From Sedimentisphaeraceae bacterium JB056 (GTDB taxonomy: Bacteria; Planctomycetota; Phycisphaerae; Sedimentisphaerales; Sedimentisphaeraceae), in NCBI GenBank assembly GCA_044440125.1, contig JBITAJ010000003.1, positions 1 through 64,000 on the forward strand: DNA of 64,000 bases, written 5' to 3'. Shown piece by piece: positions 59,501 to 64,000 of the stretch. Both the position numbers and the translations under genes were made by a program. The notes under the pieces are model-generated. The model ran no database searches and was not told the origin of the DNA. It was given only the letters and a program-made list of their open reading frames with translations. Every line of letters starts with the position of its first letter. Position 1 is the stretch's first letter.

Positions 59501-60331
59501 TTAATACGGCTTCGTATTCAAATTCCTTGTAGGATGGAAATACTCAAAATAGTAATCCGCAGGCTCAGGGTCACTCAATGTATCCGCATAAGGCCAAAGC
59601 CCCATACTTGACGCATGACCATCAGCAAACAGATAGTTAATATTCTTGCCGTGGTTTGCCGCCGGCCCGCTTGCTGTATGCCTTAAACTGCGAATCTCAC
59701 CACCAGCCCAGCCGTACTGATAGAGACTGTAATCAGGATATCCGTAGCCAATGCCTTGAGAGACCGGTGTATAGATGTCATGATCCCAGAAAACAGGTAA
59801 AGTAGAAGGGTTTTTGATTGATGAGAACTTTGTCCACCAGAACTGCGGGAAGGATTTGGTCTTTGTATCGGGATTGTATGGGCAGGAGAAATGCACATTC
59901 AAAGTATACATATGACCGGGACCAAGATCTATTCTTCCATCGGAGCCCAAAAGGTTCTTATCATACCCAGGTCCTAACTTTGCGGCGGTTGTCTTATTCC
60001 ACTGGGTGGGACACATAAAAACCTTGAAAGTGTAGCGATCTTCACTGCCGCCAACGCCTCTGGTCTTGCCGTAATAAGCACCAAGCTGATCCCACCATCT
60101 GCCGCCGCCGTAATAACCATTACTAACCATCCTGCCGTCATTATCAGCTACATACAATGCAAGCATAGTACCCATATCCTTCAATTGAGAACTGCACTGT
60201 ATCTTTCGAGCCTGTTCCTTCGCCTTGCCGAGAGCGGGCATCATTATTGCCATTAATATCGCAATAATTGAAATTACAACCAGCAATTCTATAAGTGTAA
60301 AACCCGTTAATTTTCTTCGTTTTCTTCTCAT
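59501..60331 (-). CDS. Prepilin-type N-terminal cleavage/methylation protein with H-X9-DG motif (DUF1559-like)
   Basis: [59 protein letters not shown]. Confidence 0.92.
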   Translation of the reverse strand: MRRKRRKLTGFTLIELLVVISIIAILMAIMMPALGKAKEQARKIQCSSQLKDMGTMLALYVADNDGRMVSNGYYGGGRWWDQLGAYYGKTRGVGGSEDRYTFKVFMCPTQWNKTTAAKLGPGYDKNLLGSDGRIDLGPGHMYTLNVHFSCPYNPDTKTKSFPQFWWTKFSSIKNPSTLPVFWDHDIYTPVSQGIGYGYPDYSLYQYGWAGGEIRSLRHTASGPAANHGKNINYLFADGHASSMGLWPYADTLSDPEPADYYFEYFHPTRNLNTKPY

Positions 60332-60501
60332 GTTAATTTCCTTAAAAATCAAGTTATAAACTTAAACAAAAGTGTTAAAAAACACGCTTGGACAACAAAA
60401 CCTTTAACACATTACAATAATTTCAATAATTACGATAAAAGCCATTAATTATCCATAAAACCAATGATATCACATAACAATTGTAATACAAAGCAAAAAG
60501 T

Positions 60502-60543
60502 AAAAAAAATGCCCGAAAACTCAACAATTAAGCCTTCGGGCAT
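60502..60543 (-). terminator. Rho-independent terminator
   Basis: Minus strand ATGCCCGAAGGCTTAA...TTGAGTTTTCGGGCAT-TTTTTTT. Confidence 0.8.
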
Positions 60544-60626
60544 CAGTAATATCAGGTTAGACTAACTTAAACTCCGAGTCATTATTATTTGACACGAAAG
60601 AACTGTTTAATCCACGCCAGAAACCA

Positions 60627-63600
60627 TTATTCTGAATATATAGAATCGATCTCTGACTCGTCTAAAGATGTTTTATATATCCTTACATCATCAATCAAGC
60701 CGTCAAAGTATTTTGTGCCGCCTAATGTATCTGCACCCACAATAACACCTATAGTACTGTCAAGACTCTGCATTGCGGTTCCTGTTGACTGAGCGTCCAG
60801 CTCACCATCAATATAAATATAGCCGGTCAAACCCTTTCGAACTATTGCGATATGATGCCAATCACCATCATTTGCTGCACCAGTCGAATTAAAATTAAAC
60901 TGGTACGCAGAGCGATAAACAGCAAAATTAACCTTGCCATCACTCTTAAGCCGCATCCAGTATTCACCGTTATATCTTGTATCACGCTGCTGAACGACTG
61001 TCTGCTCTGCTGTTGCAGTTGTCTTCACCCAAGCCATAACAGTAAAGTCAATTTCACCCTCAAGAGCGGCACCTATTCCGAAATCAACATAGTCGCCACT
61101 GCCATCGAAATCAAGTGCACCATCAATAATGCCGGTGCTCCAAACAGGGTTGCCGTTAACTTCCCCCACGCACTTTGTCTGGGAACTGTCACCGGTAAAC
61201 GTACCGCTCTGATTATCCAGCTTCCACCATGCAAAGATTCTACTATTATAAATCTCAAGCAATTGCTCATCATTCAACAACGAGCTGTATATCCTGACAT
61301 CATCAATCAACCCGTCAAAATATTTAGCTCCACTGCTCAACATATCGGCGCCAATAACAACACCTATCGCATCATTGAGATTCTGCACGCTGCTGCCGGT
61401 CGCCTGAGCATTGAGCTGACCATCAATGTAGATATAACCTTTCAAGCCATCGCGGGCAATTGTAATATTATGCCATCTGCCATCATTAACAGTATCACTC
61501 GAATCAAAGTTAAACTGGTATCCATTACCGTAAACGGCAAAATTAATCTTACCATTACTCTTAACCCTCATCCAGTACTCTCCGTTGTACCAAGTGTATC
61601 GCTGCTGAACAACGGTCTGCTCTACTGTCGCATCGGTTTTTACCCAGGCCGTTACAGTAAAATCGTTATCTCCATCAAGAGATGCGTCTGTCCCGCAGTA
61701 TACGTAATCATTTATACCGTCAAATTCAAGAGCTCCGCCCATGATACCATCATCAGGCTTCCATACGCACCCCGACAGCGAGCCATCGACATAGTTTTCG
61801 GTCTCATCATAAGCGGTAGTACCGGTGCTTTCATCCAATTTCCACCAGCCGCGAATTCTATCAAAATTGTTCTTTAGCTCTCTGCCGTCTTTGGCAATAC
61901 TAACCAACCCAGTTTCCAAATCTTCGTTCAAAAATGGGCTTTGGAAGGTGTGATTCGGATACAAGTCAATTTCGGTTCCATCAATCTTAGGCAAATCATC
62001 CGAATTTGTATAAAAAGTAAATGTCCCTGAGCTCTGCAAACCTTCATAAACGATTCTGTCATTCGTGTATACGGTAAGCGAATTATTTAAAACATCGGTC
62101 TGGAATGCCGCAAAACTGGCATAATCACTGGCTTGAACAACTTCAATTATTGCCGGAGCAAGCTCCTGATTAAACAACATCCAGTTATTATCATTAGTAT
62201 CCCATGTATATCCACCCCAAGCCGGTCTAACAGCCGCATAAGCAGAAGGCCCATTGATAAATACCCAGTTATTAGATTCGCTTTTTACTGTAATAAGATC
62301 GTCCGAGAAATAAACCCTCATATCTCCGGTTTGATAACTTAAGCTGTCATCAATCTTCTGAACTATCAGCGTGCCTTCATTTTGAACCGTCCAATACTGA
62401 TTATAAGTCTTTCCATTAACCAGCCCCTCACATTGCGGAAAGATACGTGAATCAGGATCATCTGCAAATATAGCGCCAACCCAACGATTCTGACAGCTTA
62501 TGCCGGCCCAATCCTCATAATCTCTCTTCTCAAACATCAATGTACCGATAATAAAGTCCGGTGTACAGTAACTGTATTTTAGAATGCCACCGGTAGAATC
62601 GATAAAGTAGTCCATGGTATCAGGATCACTATCGGGATACCCATCAACCATCAGCCCAAGTCTCCTTGAACTGGATTCGTAATTTCCCCTGCCGCTAACA
62701 TCTAAAGCGATATCCATCACAACCAGTGGCAATCTATATTCACTGGTTGCCAAACACATAACTTTCGGGTGTTTATTATTAGCATTGCCTTCCCCGAAAT
62801 AAAACCATGCCATTGAAGCGCAGGAATCAGAGCTCGCCAGCAGAGCATCTTCCTGATAAACACGCACTTTACCGCCGCCTCGAACAGTATTGATCTGCTC
62901 CTGCGCCCAGTCTGCCCACCAGAGATCAAGACTCATTTTTGCCAACTCTTTAAGCTCCGGATCCTCGGTAAAATCAAAACAGTTATACCACATCTGAAGA
63001 GTGTAAGGACTGTAACCAACTGCCGCTATCTCAACGAGGAAACCCCTTTTCGACCTTTCAAGAAAATACTCTTTCAGGAAACTGTTCCATGCCTGATAAT
63101 GCTGCTGGGCAGTATAGCCGTCATCCAATGTGTACGTATTATATGGATATACATCTCGAAGCACTTTGACCGAACCCCACCATCCGGTAAGTTCCATAGA
63201 ATCACGATTTTCCGAACCGAACAACTCCCATGTCGTCATCGAGGCATTGGTCATCTTTGAATGCGATTTTGCCCAAAGCCACATGATCTCACACATATCC
63301 GCTTCCGCTGTAGAGGTAAGACGACCTGGGAAAAATTTGCTTGTCTGATTAAACAATTCATAAATCCTGAAAAACAGATCCGCTTCCCAAAGGAATTGAT
63401 AATCAAGATCATTATTTTCTATATACTGACATGCCGCAATTATTGCATTATTAGCATCTGTAAGATTAGTATTTCGATACAATGCAGATAGTGCAAAATT
63501 AAGTTTACCCCAGACTGTTGTTGAAAAATCTGGATATGGAGAAGAAATCTGTGAATCAAGAACCTGATTACGCCTGGCTTCAAAACCGGCTTGTATATTC

Positions 63601-64000
63601 TTTAGATATTCATCAGTGAATCCCGGACCGGTTGAGAAAGACCACACATCACCAACATAAGGGCTATTGGGATCAGATGAATTAACCCCATCAACCCTCC
63701 AGTAGTAAGTAGTCCTTGTTGCTAACGTACCAGGAGAGTAAGACGCTGTAGTAAAATTACCTTTATATTCGGTATCGCTTGTCGTCGCATTGAGGACAGA
63801 ATCATAGTCAGTTCCAAAATACAAATTATCCCCATTTGCAGTATCATCACCTGATGTCCAAGTCAAAGTAACATTATTCGGTTCACCCAAACTTCCATCA
63901 GCAGGTGATGGGTTATATGCAATCGAATAATCAGTGTACAGATAAGTCTTATCATCACCTGAATCATACTCGATTACCAAAGTATCTCTATCACCTCCAT
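60627..64000 (-). CDS. Large multidomain protein (5' end outside window): FN3/Ig-like module, toroid-like core, two LamG domains
   Basis: Frame open to the window edge; NPSPADG..TYYWRVD..GDVWSF module; core like the 54872 gene; two WWKLD...WH..FDGLIDDVRIY repeats. Confidence 0.8.
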   Translation of the reverse strand, partial: GGDRDTLVIEYDSGDDKTYLYTDYSIAYNPSPADGSLGEPNNVTLTWTSGDDTANGDNLYFGTDYDSVLNATTSDTEYKGNFTTASYSPGTLATRTTYYWRVDGVNSSDPNSPYVGDVWSFSTGPGFTDEYLKNIQAGFEARRNQVLDSQISSPYPDFSTTVWGKLNFALSALYRNTNLTDANNAIIAACQYIENNDLDYQFLWEADLFFRIYELFNQTSKFFPGRLTSTAEADMCEIMWLWAKSHSKMTNASMTTWELFGSENRDSMELTGWWGSVKVLRDVYPYNTYTLDDGYTAQQHYQAWNSFLKEYFLERSKRGFLVEIAAVGYSPYTLQMWYNCFDFTEDPELKELAKMSLDLWWADWAQEQINTVRGGGKVRVYQEDALLASSDSCASMAWFYFGEGNANNKHPKVMCLATSEYRLPLVVMDIALDVSGRGNYESSSRRLGLMVDGYPDSDPDTMDYFIDSTGGILKYSYCTPDFIIGTLMFEKRDYEDWAGISCQNRWVGAIFADDPDSRIFPQCEGLVNGKTYNQYWTVQNEGTLIVQKIDDSLSYQTGDMRVYFSDDLITVKSESNNWVFINGPSAYAAVRPAWGGYTWDTNDNNWMLFNQELAPAIIEVVQASDYASFAAFQTDVLNNSLTVYTNDRIVYEGLQSSGTFTFYTNSDDLPKIDGTEIDLYPNHTFQSPFLNEDLETGLVSIAKDGRELKNNFDRIRGWWKLDESTGTTAYDETENYVDGSLSGCVWKPDDGIMGGALEFDGINDYVYCGTDASLDGDNDFTVTAWVKTDATVEQTVVQQRYTWYNGEYWMRVKSNGKINFAVYGNGYQFNFDSSDTVNDGRWHNITIARDGLKGYIYIDGQLNAQATGSSVQNLNDAIGVVIGADMLSSGAKYFDGLIDDVRIYSSLLNDEQLLEIYNSRIFAWWKLDNQSGTFTGDSSQTKCVGEVNGNPVWSTGIIDGALDFDGSGDYVDFGIGAALEGEIDFTVMAWVKTTATAEQTVVQQRDTRYNGEYWMRLKSDGKVNFAVYRSAYQFNFNSTGAANDGDWHHIAIVRKGLTGYIYIDGELDAQSTGTAMQSLDSTIGVIVGADTLGGTKYFDGLIDDVRIYKTSLDESEIDSIYSE

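Noticed and set aside
1..64000. CRISPR array, tRNA/rRNA, IS transposase or integrase
   Set aside because: None recognised by eye: no regularly spaced repeat-spacer run and no catalytic motifs. tRNAscan/Infernal were not run.

Overview
Gene-dense bacterial chromosome segment, mostly minus strand, with no rRNA, tRNA, CRISPR array or transposase recognised. Gene style suggests an anaerobic planctomycete, probably Phycisphaerae/Sedimentisphaerales (inference): DUF1559-type prepilin/H-X9-DG proteins, Cys-flanked dockerin-like tails, Tat sulfatases and a long LepB. Two glycan-utilisation-like loci (1-13.4 kb and 47.5-64 kb, both cut by the window edge) share one architecture: regulator, secreted Gly-rich beta-solenoid proteins, a pilin-like gene, lyase-like proteins with a single EF-hand 'half-dockerin' tail, and a sulfatase, with no SusC/D or ABC transporter in view. 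Between them lie housekeeping genes (corrinoid protein, dxr, fused E1 plus triple-lipoyl E2, trpR-like, Nif3, GT4, suhB, lepB, glnS, queF/C/E, hybrid kinase, etfBA-acyl-CoA dehydrogenase). Two AT-rich single-gene islets interrupt them: a class III cyclase-like ORF among REP-like elements and an OLD-like ATPase-TOPRIM nuclease between short direct repeats. Also seen: a 183-nt heptamer-armed nested hairpin and a 68-bp LamG gene-end relic bracketing the second pilin gene. Product calls come from motif reading only; no searches were run.
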